DNA of 64,000 nt from Candidatus Latescibacterota bacterium (GTDB lineage Bacteria > Latescibacterota > UBA2968 > GCA-2709665). The position numbers and the translations under genes were made by a program. The DNA lies in assembly GCA_965203805.1 (NCBI GenBank), contig OZ241917.1, positions 3,200,001 to 3,264,000 of the forward strand, in the 5' to 3' direction. A model generated the notes under the pieces. It searched no databases and had not been told where the DNA came from. It worked only from the letters and a program-made list of their open reading frames with translations. Positions 36,945 to 46,306 of the stretch are shown here, one piece after another (within the stretch, counting starts at the first letter, position 1; each line of letters opens with the position of its first letter).

Positions 36945-37544
36945 TCAAAAAAGCTTCGGCGGATCTTCATCTGGGATTTCAATTGTGATCCCGTCGCCCT
37001 TCTTTTCATAATACACAATGGTTACGTAAATTGCATCGGCCAAACTTGGCTTTGATTTAAAAGTACTTGGCTTAATTGAGTACGGGCGATCGCCGACAAA
37101 TCCATCTATTCCTTGGCTTTCTTCATACGTTTCGGCCAGACGATAATCGCACCCCTTCAACTCAGCCAGTCTCTTCAGAATCGCTTCTTGAAACCTAAGG
37201 CCCACAAAAGTCTTCACGAGCACCAGATCCTCGACCCAACTCTTAACAAGCTCTCGATCGATAACCGGGAATGCCGTCTGTAATTTTTCGAGCATCGACG
37301 TAATTCGATTGGTCGCCTGATCAATTGCGTCGGGGTTTTTCTCAAGATACCACTGAACCCACTCTTCGTATGTTTTGCCCGGAAACTGCTGAATCAGTTC
37401 GCTCATCTGCCCCACTACCTTTGGTCTGGTCCCCTGCGCGTTCTGATTAGCCAGATTCATTATTTGAGTTGTGTATTTGGGAAACTCCGAAATTGGCGCT
37501 TCCAAGTACTCCTGAATCTCTTCATTCTTAAGCTTTAATTTCAC
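36945..37544 (-). CDS. Type II restriction endonuclease, MjaI-like family
   Basis: PKYTTQIMNLANQNAQGTRPKVVGQMSELIQ N-terminus and ESQGIDG...SIKP nuclease core, recognised from memory as MjaI family. Confidence 0.8.
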   Translation of the reverse strand: MKLKLKNEEIQEYLEAPISEFPKYTTQIMNLANQNAQGTRPKVVGQMSELIQQFPGKTYEEWVQWYLEKNPDAIDQATNRITSMLEKLQTAFPVIDRELVKSWVEDLVLVKTFVGLRFQEAILKRLAELKGCDYRLAETYEESQGIDGFVGDRPYSIKPSTFKSKPSLADAIYVTIVYYEKKGDGITIEIPDEDPPKLF

Positions 37545-37733
37545 TGCAATACCTCGGAAAGATATTGGCGTATAGTGACTTACTCAGACGTTTCCCTTGG
37601 AAGGTTGAACACTTGTGGCCAGCACCGATGTTATTGCCTGTTGTGTGTCCAAACCAAGCGTCAACTGTCGTTACTTTGCAGCATTTTCAATGAATTGTAG
37701 GGAATTCACACCAAATAAATCGTCGTCACGTTT

Positions 37734-38399
37734 TTATGGTTTAGTTTTCCATCTATCCGGACAAGATAGTTCATAGCCATCCGGTTTGGTTATCTTTTCT
37801 GGTAACATACTAATACTTAGTTTCTTTCTGCCAATCACAAATGATCCAGAAGCCATTGCGCTCAATGCTCCCGAAATTCTCGAAGGGGGAAAGGCGATTA
37901 CAATACGCTTTCGATACAATTCGATCACCTTTTTGACGGGTGGAACGAGGTCGCCGTCGCCCGAAATTACGATTGCCGCATCGTACCTGTCTTGTTGAGC
38001 ATCGACTAACATTTCGACAGCAATTGCTACGTCGGTCCTTTTCTCTTCCGAATCATCCCATTCGAACTTGCAGGACGGACAGGACACCTTCTTACGTACA
38101 TAATGTCCCCAGTTCTTACGTACATAATGTCCCCAGTAGAATTTGACGCCGCCCATTGCATTTAGGGCTTCGAGAAAGGTGTTTTGTCTCTTCCATTTGC
38201 CACGGTCTCTATTGTTCTGAGAAACACGCGACGTGAAGTACTTCACGCCTACCAATGATTGGTGCTCACGGAGTAGATTATGAGACAGAAGCCTTAAATC
38301 CAGCCAGAGAAAGCGATTCTTCCACTTTGACTTTAAACCATAATAGAGATTGAATCCGTCTATGTAGACGATTACACGTTCCTTGGAAGTCTGTTTCAT
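37734..38399 (-). CDS. NYN domain (LabA/DUF88, PIN-fold) nuclease with CxxC insert
   Basis: YIDGFNLYYG, EEKRTDVAIA and ISGDGDLVP acidic active-site motifs; CPSC; contains a 24-bp tandem duplication. Confidence 0.9.
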   Translation of the reverse strand: MKQTSKERVIVYIDGFNLYYGLKSKWKNRFLWLDLRLLSHNLLREHQSLVGVKYFTSRVSQNNRDRGKWKRQNTFLEALNAMGGVKFYWGHYVRKNWGHYVRKKVSCPSCKFEWDDSEEKRTDVAIAVEMLVDAQQDRYDAAIVISGDGDLVPPVKKVIELYRKRIVIAFPPSRISGALSAMASGSFVIGRKKLSISMLPEKITKPDGYELSCPDRWKTKP

Positions 38400-38412
38400 C
38401 CGGAATTTTCGC

Positions 38413-38441
38413 TTGACACACATATTATGAGTTGTTAAATT
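38413..38441 (+). promoter_or_regulatory. sigma70 promoter for the antisense small RNA
   Basis: TTGACA-N17-TAAATT with an extended -10 TG. Confidence 0.65.
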
Positions 38442-38444
38442 ACG

Positions 38445-38523
38445 AATGTGCTAAGCATATTGCCCCCCGGAGGATAGCATTCTCCGGCCGACGCTCCTGT
38501 CCGCGACAGGAGCGTTTCTTTTG
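38445..38523 (+). ncRNA. Candidate structured small RNA antisense to the NYN 5' leader
   Basis: Hairpins AATGTGC-TAA-GCATATT, CCGGAGGAT-AGC-ATTCTCCGG and GACGCTCCTGTC-CGC-GACAGGAGCGTT followed by TCTTTT; non-canonical pairs are G-U only on the plus strand. Confidence 0.65.
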
Positions 38524-38535
38524 TATACAACATCA

Positions 38536-38564
38536 AGCATAACATATAGTTATCGGCCAGTCAA
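38536..38564 (-). promoter_or_regulatory. sigma70 promoter for the NYN gene
   Basis: Minus-strand TTGACT-N17-TATGCT with an extended -10 TG, giving a leader of about 130 nt. Confidence 0.65.
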
Positions 38565-38726
38565 GGGATTAATCGAAGCGCAGGTGGCGCGCCAGTGAGG
38601 GTGGTTCGCGACCATTCGGATAATTACCCGGCGATGCATGTTTCGGCATGCGCGTCCATCACTGGCTGATCGAAGGACACTCGACCGATTCCCGTAGTGT
38701 AGGCAGCCTCATAGGAGCAGGATGTC

Positions 38727-39404
38727 TTGTTGACCTCGGAAGAATGGATGGTTCTTGGCCTTTCTCTGCGCGTGGGTCTGGTCTGCGTGCTGTTGAGCCT
38801 GCCCGCGGCGGTGATCCTGGGCTGGGTGCTCGCCAGGCGCGAATTCCGGGGCAAAGTGCTGCTCGACGGGCTTTGTCACCTGCCCCTGGTGCTGCCCCCC
38901 GTGGTGACCGGCTACGTGCTGCTGCTGTTGTTCAGCCGTCGAGGTGTTCTGGGGGGCTTTCTGGAACCGACGCTGGGACTCCAGGTGGCGTTTACCTGGA
39001 AAGGGGCGGCGCTGGCTTCGGCCGTGGTCGCATTTCCCCTGGCGCTTCGCGCCATCCGGCTGGCCATTGAGGCCGTAGACCCCAGGTTGGAACACGCGGC
39101 CCGCACATTGGGCGCCGGTCGGCTCAGAGTCTTCCTGACCGTAACGCTGCGGCTGGCCGCGCCCGGGCTGCTGGCGGGCGCAATGCTGGCATTCGCGCGA
39201 AGCCTGGGAGAGTTCGGCGCCACCATCACCTTTGTGTCGAATATCGCCGGGGAGACGCGGACGCTGCCCCTGGCGATATTCACGTACATCAACCGGCCCG
39301 GCGGGGACGCGGCCGTCGCCCGTCTGGCGATTCTGTCCGTCATCCTGTCCTTTGCGGCGCTGGTGGCCGGCGAGGTGGCGGCCCGGCGAATGAGGAGAAA
39401 CTGA
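38727..39404 (+). CDS. modB: Molybdate ABC transporter permease
   Basis: LPLVLPPVVTGY, LEHAARTLGA (EAA loop), FARSLGEFGATI. Confidence 0.93.
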   Translation: MLTSEEWMVLGLSLRVGLVCVLLSLPAAVILGWVLARREFRGKVLLDGLCHLPLVLPPVVTGYVLLLLFSRRGVLGGFLEPTLGLQVAFTWKGAALASAVVAFPLALRAIRLAIEAVDPRLEHAARTLGAGRLRVFLTVTLRLAAPGLLAGAMLAFARSLGEFGATITFVSNIAGETRTLPLAIFTYINRPGGDAAVARLAILSVILSFAALVAGEVAARRMRRN

Positions 39405-39405
39405 C

Positions 39406-40485
39406 GTGCTCTCCATCCGCGTGAAACGGTCGCTGCCGGGATTTACCCTCGAGGCGGCGGTCGAGTGCCCCTATCCGGTGACCGCGATCTTCGGGCCTTC
39501 CGGCGCCGGAAAGACCACGCTGCTGGACCTCGTGGCGGGCCTGCTCGCGCCGGACGACGGGGAGGTCCGGCTGAACGACCGCGTGCTCTTCTCGTCCGAA
39601 ACGGGCGTGAATCTGCCGCCTGAACGGCGCCGCGTGGGGTACGTGTTTCAGGAAGACCTGCTGTTCCCCCATCTGACCGTCATGGAAAATCTGCGGTACG
39701 GTTACGACCTCCTGCCTCCGGATTCGCGCCGGTTCGAGGTGGGACCCGTGGTGGATCTCATGGGACTGTCCGGGCTGCTCGACCGGCGTCCGGCGCGTCT
39801 GTCGGGCGGCGAGCGGCAGCGGGTGGCGCTGGGGCGGGCGATTCTGGCCTCGCCGGAACTGCTCCTGATGGACGAACCCCTGGCTTCCCTGGATCAGGAA
39901 CTCAAAGACCGAATTATCCCCTACTTGCGGCACATCAGGTCGGACCTGGGCATCCCGATTCTCTACGTGAGCCATTCGGTCGCCGAGATCCTGGAGTTGA
40001 CCGGACAGGTAATCGTCCTGAAAGCCGGACGCGTGATCGCGCACGGGGACTTTTTTCACGTTGTCCATCATCCCGAGGTGCTGCCCCTGGCCGAGGCGCA
40101 CGGGTTCGAGAACGTGCTGCCGGTGGAGGTGGTGGCGCAGGACGGGGCCCGAAGAGGCTGCCGCGTGCGTTTCGGAAATCAGGAGCTTCGGGTGCCCCCA
40201 TGCGACAGACCCGTTGGAAGCCGGATCTTCATCAGCATTCGGGCAAACGACATCATCCTGAGCAGGAAACAGCCGGAGGGGTTGAGCATTCGCAACGCGA
40301 TGCGGGGCCGGATCCTCGACATGCAGGACGTGGACGGCAAACAACTGGTCTACGTGGACGTGGGGAAACGGCTGGCCGTGGAGGTGACCCTGGAAGCGCT
40401 GGAAGAGTTGGGCCTGGAGGTCGGCGACCCGGTGATGTGCCTGGTGAAAGCCCACTCGATTCGAATCGGCCCGAACGCGGACTGA
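39406..40485 (+). CDS. modC: Molybdate ABC transporter ATP-binding protein
   Basis: GPSGAGKTT, LSGGERQRVA, LMDEPL and a C-terminal TOBE-like region (SIRN). Confidence 0.93.
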   Translation: MLSIRVKRSLPGFTLEAAVECPYPVTAIFGPSGAGKTTLLDLVAGLLAPDDGEVRLNDRVLFSSETGVNLPPERRRVGYVFQEDLLFPHLTVMENLRYGYDLLPPDSRRFEVGPVVDLMGLSGLLDRRPARLSGGERQRVALGRAILASPELLLMDEPLASLDQELKDRIIPYLRHIRSDLGIPILYVSHSVAEILELTGQVIVLKAGRVIAHGDFFHVVHHPEVLPLAEAHGFENVLPVEVVAQDGARRGCRVRFGNQELRVPPCDRPVGSRIFISIRANDIILSRKQPEGLSIRNAMRGRILDMQDVDGKQLVYVDVGKRLAVEVTLEALEELGLEVGDPVMCLVKAHSIRIGPNAD

Positions 40486-40519
40486 AGGCGTCGGGTGACG
40501 TGGTCCGATCCGATGCCCG

Positions 40520-41479
40520 TCATCCTTCCTCGCCTTCGTAGAGCAGCCTGAGAAGGGCAAGGAAGAGCCGGTCGCGCCGGTCGCGCGCCCGGTCGATGGA
40601 TTCGGGCGTGTACTCGTGGAAACCGCGGCCGGTCTTGACGCCGTAGTGCCCCGCTTCAACCAGTTTCCCGATGTTGCGGGGAAGTTCGGTGTCCGAACGG
40701 ATTTCGGAAACAAGAATCCTGTAAACGAGCGCCGAGACGTCGAGTCCTCCGAAGTCCCGCACGGTCAGGGGTCCGATGGCGGCCAGGCGGAATCCGACGC
40801 TGGCCCGGACCGCCCGGTCGATATCCTCGGGCTCGGCGACGCCCCTGTCGAGCAGGTCCCAGACTTCGCGCTGCATGGCGACCTGGATGCGGTTGACCAG
40901 GAAGCCCGGGAGTTCCTTCTTGAGGGGCACCGGCACCTTGCCGATACGTTCCAGGACGTTTACGGCGGTCCGTACCGTCGACCCGGTCGTGCGCTCTCCG
41001 GGAACGACTTCCACGAGCGGTACCAGATGGGGCGGATTGAACCAGTGGGTGACCACGGCCCGACCGGGATGCGAAAGGTCCCGTGCGATGTCGGTCATGG
41101 GAAAGGAGGACGTATTGCTGGCCAGAATGGTCTCACGCGAAACGACGGCTTCGATACGGGCGAAGCATTCCCGCTTGACGTCCAGGTCCTCGCGAATGGC
41201 TTCCGTAACGAAACCGGCGGCTTCCACGGCCTCGCGTTCGCTGTCGAAAACGGCGATGCGTCCGAGGGTTTCCCCGACCGTTTCCGGCGTGTCCATCCCC
41301 GCCTGAATGCGTTGCCGCAGGTTGGTTTCTATCCGGCGGTACAAGGATTCACGGGCCGCGGGGGACTCGTCGTAGCATCGCACCGGGTGTCCCGCCGCCG
41401 CGAATGCCTGCGCGATCCCGTGGCCCATCGTGCCCAGGCCGATAACGGCTATGGTCTGGAATTCCAATTCGCTTTGCAA
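40520..41479 (-). CDS. 3-hydroxyacyl-CoA dehydrogenase family protein
   Basis: GLGTMGHGIA, SNTSS, HWFNPPHLVPLVE, GFLVNR; start uncertain. Confidence 0.92.
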   Translation of the reverse strand: MQSELEFQTIAVIGLGTMGHGIAQAFAAAGHPVRCYDESPAARESLYRRIETNLRQRIQAGMDTPETVGETLGRIAVFDSEREAVEAAGFVTEAIREDLDVKRECFARIEAVVSRETILASNTSSFPMTDIARDLSHPGRAVVTHWFNPPHLVPLVEVVPGERTTGSTVRTAVNVLERIGKVPVPLKKELPGFLVNRIQVAMQREVWDLLDRGVAEPEDIDRAVRASVGFRLAAIGPLTVRDFGGLDVSALVYRILVSEIRSDTELPRNIGKLVEAGHYGVKTGRGFHEYTPESIDRARDRRDRLFLALLRLLYEGEEG

Positions 41480-41519
41480 GTGTCCCGTCCCCAAAATACC
41501 TCACCGTTCGGTCGCCGAT

Positions 41520-42670
41520 TCATCGCGTCTCGCTGCGTTGCTTGCACTGCCGGTGCTGAGCCTGTCGAAGCAAGCTTGCCGAAGTGCCTTGTCGAAGCGC
41601 CCTCGCTTACCGATCGTGGCAGGTCGCCATTCGGCGGACAAAACCACTTTGGAGCTAACCTACTGGGGGACAAGGGCTTTATCTCCCCCGCCAACTCTTA
41701 TTTTCTCTTCGTCCTTTTCAAAAAGCGGTGAGACGTAAGACGTGAGACGGGAGAGATTGCCTGCCCCGTGAGATTTCAGCTCAGACCGAAGGCATTGTGG
41801 AGGAGCGATTCGGGCAAGGATTTCTTCTACCGTCTACCGTTTCACCTCTCCCCGAATTTGAAGAAGCGTGCCGCTCGGCGCGGGGCCGGTTTTTCCGTGA
41901 ACCACCTCAGTGGCGTAAGTGGAAATTGGTTGCCCTGTCACCGTACCAGCCCTGCCGGAACTATGTTGCTAGACGGATTTGCACGGAAAAAACCCCCACT
42001 CCGCCACCGTTCGCTTGACTAAACTGCGCGAGGTTTGATGCATTTGCGATCTTGACGATTATGCGCTTGAGAACCCCCGACACCCCCACCAACCTACCCC
42101 CTATCCCCCTTCCCGAAGGAAGGGGGAACGGAGATCCTATCAGGGAGTCCTGGTTGTCTCCCCCTCTCCCCCCGGGAGAGGGGGTTGGGGGGAGAGGTCT
42201 GCGGCGTTGGGGGTGGTTCGCTCTCGGCTGATTGCAGTTGCTTTCCTTTGTGTCTTCGTGTCTTTGTGTGAGCAGATTTTCGTTTTTGATCTTGGCTATC
42301 GGTCGAGAGCTAACGTCTGCCCTCATCATCCAGGCACCCATCGGTTTACAAAGGTATATCCTGACCGGAGAACGACCAGAGCAGAGCGCGCTGATCCGTC
42401 CAGCAACGCGGTTCGATGTGCCTCCGAGGGTGTCGGGGCAAAGGATCCTGTGCATCCTGTGAGCGTGTTCGCGCTATGCATTTCGCAGGCCCCACGCCCA
42501 GTGGCGACTTTTGGTTCCTTTTGGTCGCTTTAAAAGGAACACGCCGTAGGCAGGGAATTTGGGGAGATGTGGATGTTGAATTTGATTCTTGTTTTTGATT
42601 TTCGCTCTTGCTTCAAGCTGACCGCTGATGGCTGACTGCTGAAAGCTGCTTTTCTCCTTCCGAATTCAGG
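41520..42670. repeat. Non-coding repeat mosaic 1
   Basis: About 41636-42145 aligns with 49992-50495, and about 42243-42558 aligns with 60644-60994. Also contains a CTGAGCCTGTCGAAG palindromic unit, CCCCCTTCC..GGAAGGGGG hairpins and GCTGANN heptamers. Confidence 0.85.
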
Positions 42671-42693
42671 CAACTTGTTTCCGGGAAAGAACA

Positions 42694-43434
42694 CTAGATT
42701 GTCTTGCCGCCGTCCACCACCAGAACCTGCCCGGTTACCAATTCGTTCACGACCAGGCCCAGAATCGCATTCGCGATATCTTCGGGTTCCGCGACGCGCT
42801 GGAGGGGCGTGGCTTCGCGATTCACGCGAACGAATTCCTCCCAACCCTTTACCCAGCGTGTGTTGACGATGCCGGGGGCCACGGCGTTTGCCCGGATGCG
42901 GGGCGCCTGGCTGACGGCCAGGGATTTGGTGAGGGAGATCAGCGCCGCCTTGGAGGCGCAATACGCGATGGAGCTGCCCTGCCCGCAGGTGCCGGCGATC
43001 GATGCTACGCTCACGATCTGGCCCCCTGCTTCGGGCATTCTGGCGATCGCCGCCCTGGCGCAGTAGAAAGCGCCTTTCACGTTGACGTCAAAGACGGGAT
43101 CCCAGGCGTCGTCGGTGAGGGCCTCGAGGTCGGCCAACGGCACGAAGACGGTGGTTCCCGCGTTGTTGACCAGGATGTCCAGCCGGCCCAGTTCTCCAAC
43201 CACACGGTCCACCATTTCGCGGACGGCGCTCTCGACCGACACGTCGGTGCGGATTGCGATCGAGTTTCGGCCAAGCGCACGGACATCGGCCGCCGTGGCT
43301 TCGGCTTCCTTCCTGGAACGCGAATAGTTGACGGCCACGTCGGCCCCTTCCGAAGCGAGCAGCAGGGAGGTCGCTCTTCCGATTCCCGTGCCGCCGCCGG
43401 TCACGAGCGTGACTTTTCCGTCCAAACGGCCCAT
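42694..43434 (-). CDS. Short-chain dehydrogenase/reductase
   Basis: TGGGTGIG, NNAG, YCASK. Confidence 0.95.
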   Translation of the reverse strand: MGRLDGKVTLVTGGGTGIGRATSLLLASEGADVAVNYSRSRKEAEATAADVRALGRNSIAIRTDVSVESAVREMVDRVVGELGRLDILVNNAGTTVFVPLADLEALTDDAWDPVFDVNVKGAFYCARAAIARMPEAGGQIVSVASIAGTCGQGSSIAYCASKAALISLTKSLAVSQAPRIRANAVAPGIVNTRWVKGWEEFVRVNREATPLQRVAEPEDIANAILGLVVNELVTGQVLVVDGGKTI

Positions 43435-43477
43435 ATAGGATCCTTTCGATTTGGTGTATGGGAATTGTTTTCAAGAT

Positions 43478-44749
43478 CTACGGATCTGCAAACGGGATGG
43501 CGACGACGTCGCGGATGTCTGCTGAGTCGGCAAGCACCATCAGCAAACGATCCACGCCGAGGGCGATGCCGCCGGCCGGCGGCATGCCGGCTTCGAGGGC
43601 GCCCAGGAATTGCTCGTCGATCGGATAAGCCGGTCGACCGCTGTCCCGTCGCTGCGCCGCTTCTTCTTCCAGCCGGGCCCTCTGTTCGGCGGGGTCGTTC
43701 AGTTCCGTAAAAGCGTTGGCGAGTTCCACGCCCGAAACATAGAGTTCGAACCGCTCCGCGATGCCGGGCGCATTCTGTTTCAATCTGGCAAGCGCCGCCA
43801 TCTCCGCGGGGTAATCCACGAGGAAGGTTGGGCGTCCCGCGCCGAGGCGTTTTTCCACGGCATCCAGAAACACCTTGAAATAAGCGGTCTCAAACCCATC
43901 GCCGGGAACGACCGACAGGTGGCCGTTCCGGCGGGCTTCCCGGACGAACGCGTCGAGATTCTCCGAGGGATCGGCGGACACACCGGCGTACTTTGCAAAT
44001 GCTTCCCGCACGCTCAGGCGTTGCCACGGGGGGGTGAAGTCGACGGTTCGACCCCGGTACGCGATGGATGATTTCCCGGTGAGTTCACGTACCATGCCGT
44101 GAATCAGATTCTCCGTGTCACCCATGATGGTGGTGTAGTCGGCGTAGGCCCTGTACCATTCGAGAAGCGTGAATTCGGGGCTGTGCATGGGGCCGGGCGG
44201 GTCCTGGCGGAACGACTTGCAAATCTGGAAGATGCGTTCGTACCCGGCCGCCAGGAGGCGCTTCATCGCGTATTCGGGTGAGGTCGGCAGATAATACTGT
44301 TTCGCGTGCCCGTTGGCGCGGTAGTGGGTTTCGAAGGCGTCCAGATGGGGTTCCATACCCGGGCAGCGAACGAGAAGCGGCGTCTCGACTTCCAGGAATC
44401 CCGCGTCCTCGAAAAAACGCCTGACGTACGACAGAACCCAGGAGCGCATCCGCAGGATCCGCGATGCGGGTCCTGACTCTGGTGGGCGCAGGGCCGGCGC
44501 CAGAACCCGGTGGCTTCGGACGCGAAATGCAGGAGGCCGCCAGATGCCCCGAACCTCCACCACGTGTCCCGGCCGAAGCGTTCCCGGCGCCTCGAGGGTC
44601 ACCTCGCCCGACTCGTCAACCAGCCGTGGATTGTCCGCCCCCGCGCCGGCAGCGACCCGACCGGCCAGAATCGCTTCGTCACCCGGCGCCAGGTCCGAGA
44701 CGCGATGGGTACGGGCGCACCCCGCGGGATAGGTGTTGGATTCAGACAT
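43478..44749 (-). CDS. epmA: EF-P lysine aminoacylase (GenX/PoxA) with N-terminal extension
   Basis: LEVETPLL, YLPTSPEYAMKRLLAAG, HSPEFTLLEWYR, AERFELY, ELANAFTEL, GIALGVDRL. Confidence 0.88.
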   Translation of the reverse strand: MSESNTYPAGCARTHRVSDLAPGDEAILAGRVAAGAGADNPRLVDESGEVTLEAPGTLRPGHVVEVRGIWRPPAFRVRSHRVLAPALRPPESGPASRILRMRSWVLSYVRRFFEDAGFLEVETPLLVRCPGMEPHLDAFETHYRANGHAKQYYLPTSPEYAMKRLLAAGYERIFQICKSFRQDPPGPMHSPEFTLLEWYRAYADYTTIMGDTENLIHGMVRELTGKSSIAYRGRTVDFTPPWQRLSVREAFAKYAGVSADPSENLDAFVREARRNGHLSVVPGDGFETAYFKVFLDAVEKRLGAGRPTFLVDYPAEMAALARLKQNAPGIAERFELYVSGVELANAFTELNDPAEQRARLEEEAAQRRDSGRPAYPIDEQFLGALEAGMPPAGGIALGVDRLLMVLADSADIRDVVAIPFADP

Positions 44750-44984
44750 ACAAGTGTCCGGGAGTCCGCAGTCGCCGTGTGGTGCGGCAATGAATGAAAG
44801 ACCCTTCCGGAAAGGGCCATACGGAATATAGGATAACCGGTGTCGGGGAGCAACACGCATCCGTGCGGGACGGAACTCCGGATGGAAAAATCCCTTGCCG
44901 ACGGTTCTTTTGCGGTCATATATTTCGGAACAGCGTTCCGGGCGGTCCTGAACTTCACCTCTCCCATTTGCTTTTTTAAAAAAG

Positions 44985-45450
44985 CGGTGAGACGGTAGAA
45001 GGAAAAATGAAGAATGAAGAATTAAGAATGAAAACCTGAAGGCGGTGAGACGTAAGAGGGTAGACGGTAGTTAAAGGCGGTGAGAGGATAGAGGGTAGAC
45101 GTTAGATGACGTCCTTGCCCGATTGGTTTTATCGTTATGCCTGCGGCAAGAGATGATACCGAACAGGCAATCATATAATCTCACGTCTTACGTCTACCCG
45201 CTCTTCAGGCACTCATGTCATCTCCCGTCTCACGTCTCCCCTCTCACCGCCTTTCAGACCTACCCCCTTCCTATAAGGAAGGTGGAAAGCGGGATCCTAT
45301 CGCGAGGCGTTCGTTACCCTTTCCTTATAGGAGAGGGTCCCTGCCTGGCGGTGGTTTTTCGGCAGGCAGGGGGGAGAGGTCTGAGGGGTTGGGGGTGAGG
45401 GCGCTCTTGCTTCAAGCTGACTGACGAACGCTGATAGCTGACAACTGCAT
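44985..45450. repeat. Non-coding repeat mosaic 2
   Basis: Aligns with about 60259-60628; AAGAAT(G/T) heptamers, a nested family-H element and a CCTGCCTG..CAGGCAGG insert. Confidence 0.85.
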
Positions 45451-45497
45451 TTTCCTCTACAAGGCACCTGACACGCATATTGGAGAATCTCGCGGAC

Positions 45498-46079
45498 ATG
45501 AGACGTTCAACAAGCCGGCATGGGGTTTCACTTTCTATCGCTTTTCTTGCAATTACAATGGTCCTGCTTTGTTGCGTCCCGGCGTGGGGCGGCTCTTTCA
45601 AAGCCGGCGCCGGAATCTTCTTCAACAATAATGAACCCGGGGGAGGCGTATCCGTCGACCTGAGCGACGCGGGACTGGGGTTTTCGCCCTTTGTGGACTA
45701 TTTCGGCAACTCCGGGTCGCGCGTCTTCGGCGGCGGGCTCAACATCGTCGCAAAACGCACCGGGGGCGCGCAGTCGCGACTCTATATCGGCGTGGGGGGA
45801 GGCATCGCCTCAGTGGAGGCGGAAGAAACGTCGGCCGGCCTCACCGGCTCGGCGTCAAAAACACAGGCGATGGCCGACTTGGTGCTGGGTATCGAGTTCG
45901 ACCTGCACGAGAACATCGGGGGGTTCGTTCAGGTGAAGTGGCTCGGGACCTTCGGCGGCGGCAGGTTGGACATTACAGGTGAGGTTGACGGACGGACGGT
46001 TACGATACCGGACGCGATAGACCTGGAACTCAGAAGTTTCGCCGCCCAGGCAGGCGTTTCGATCGGCTTCTGGAACTGA
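45498..46079 (+). CDS. Small outer-membrane beta-barrel protein 1
   Basis: Signal peptide ending AWG; amphipathic strands FSPFVDYF, GGGLNIV, LYIGVGGG; aromatic C-terminus; start uncertain. Confidence 0.75.
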   Translation: MRRSTSRHGVSLSIAFLAITMVLLCCVPAWGGSFKAGAGIFFNNNEPGGGVSVDLSDAGLGFSPFVDYFGNSGSRVFGGGLNIVAKRTGGAQSRLYIGVGGGIASVEAEETSAGLTGSASKTQAMADLVLGIEFDLHENIGGFVQVKWLGTFGGGRLDITGEVDGRTVTIPDAIDLELRSFAAQAGVSIGFWN

Positions 46080-46306
46080 GCGCCATCGCCGACGGGCGGG
46101 GAGCGCCGTCCGCGATGACCTGAATTTGAACTTCCATCCCCACCAAAAGAACCGGTCATTGGAAACCGCCGGCGTGCCTCCAGAGATGCAGCCGGCGGTT
46201 TTTCGGTTGATTTCCGGCCCTGTTTTAGCGATTATTGTTGAGGTCATTCCCTTCTTGCAACCGGATATTCCAGCGCTTGACGCCGCACCAGTCCCGGGAG
46301 GCTTTA

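Noticed and set aside
35644-37544. Apparent rarity of CTAG as proof of RM specificity
   Set aside because: Not counted, and CTAG is under-represented in many bacteria regardless of RM content.
38445-38523. tRNA/tmRNA fragment used as an att site, or a Moco riboswitch for modBC
   Set aside because: No T-arm GTTCRA or CCA end and no Moco consensus recognised; the element ends in a terminator about 200 bp before modB and has a second copy unlinked to mod genes.
41961-42455. Repeated ORF MHRILCPD.. (also 60501-60857) as a protein family
   Set aside because: The similarity comes from the shared DNA repeat; there is no SD and the reading diverges at module boundaries.
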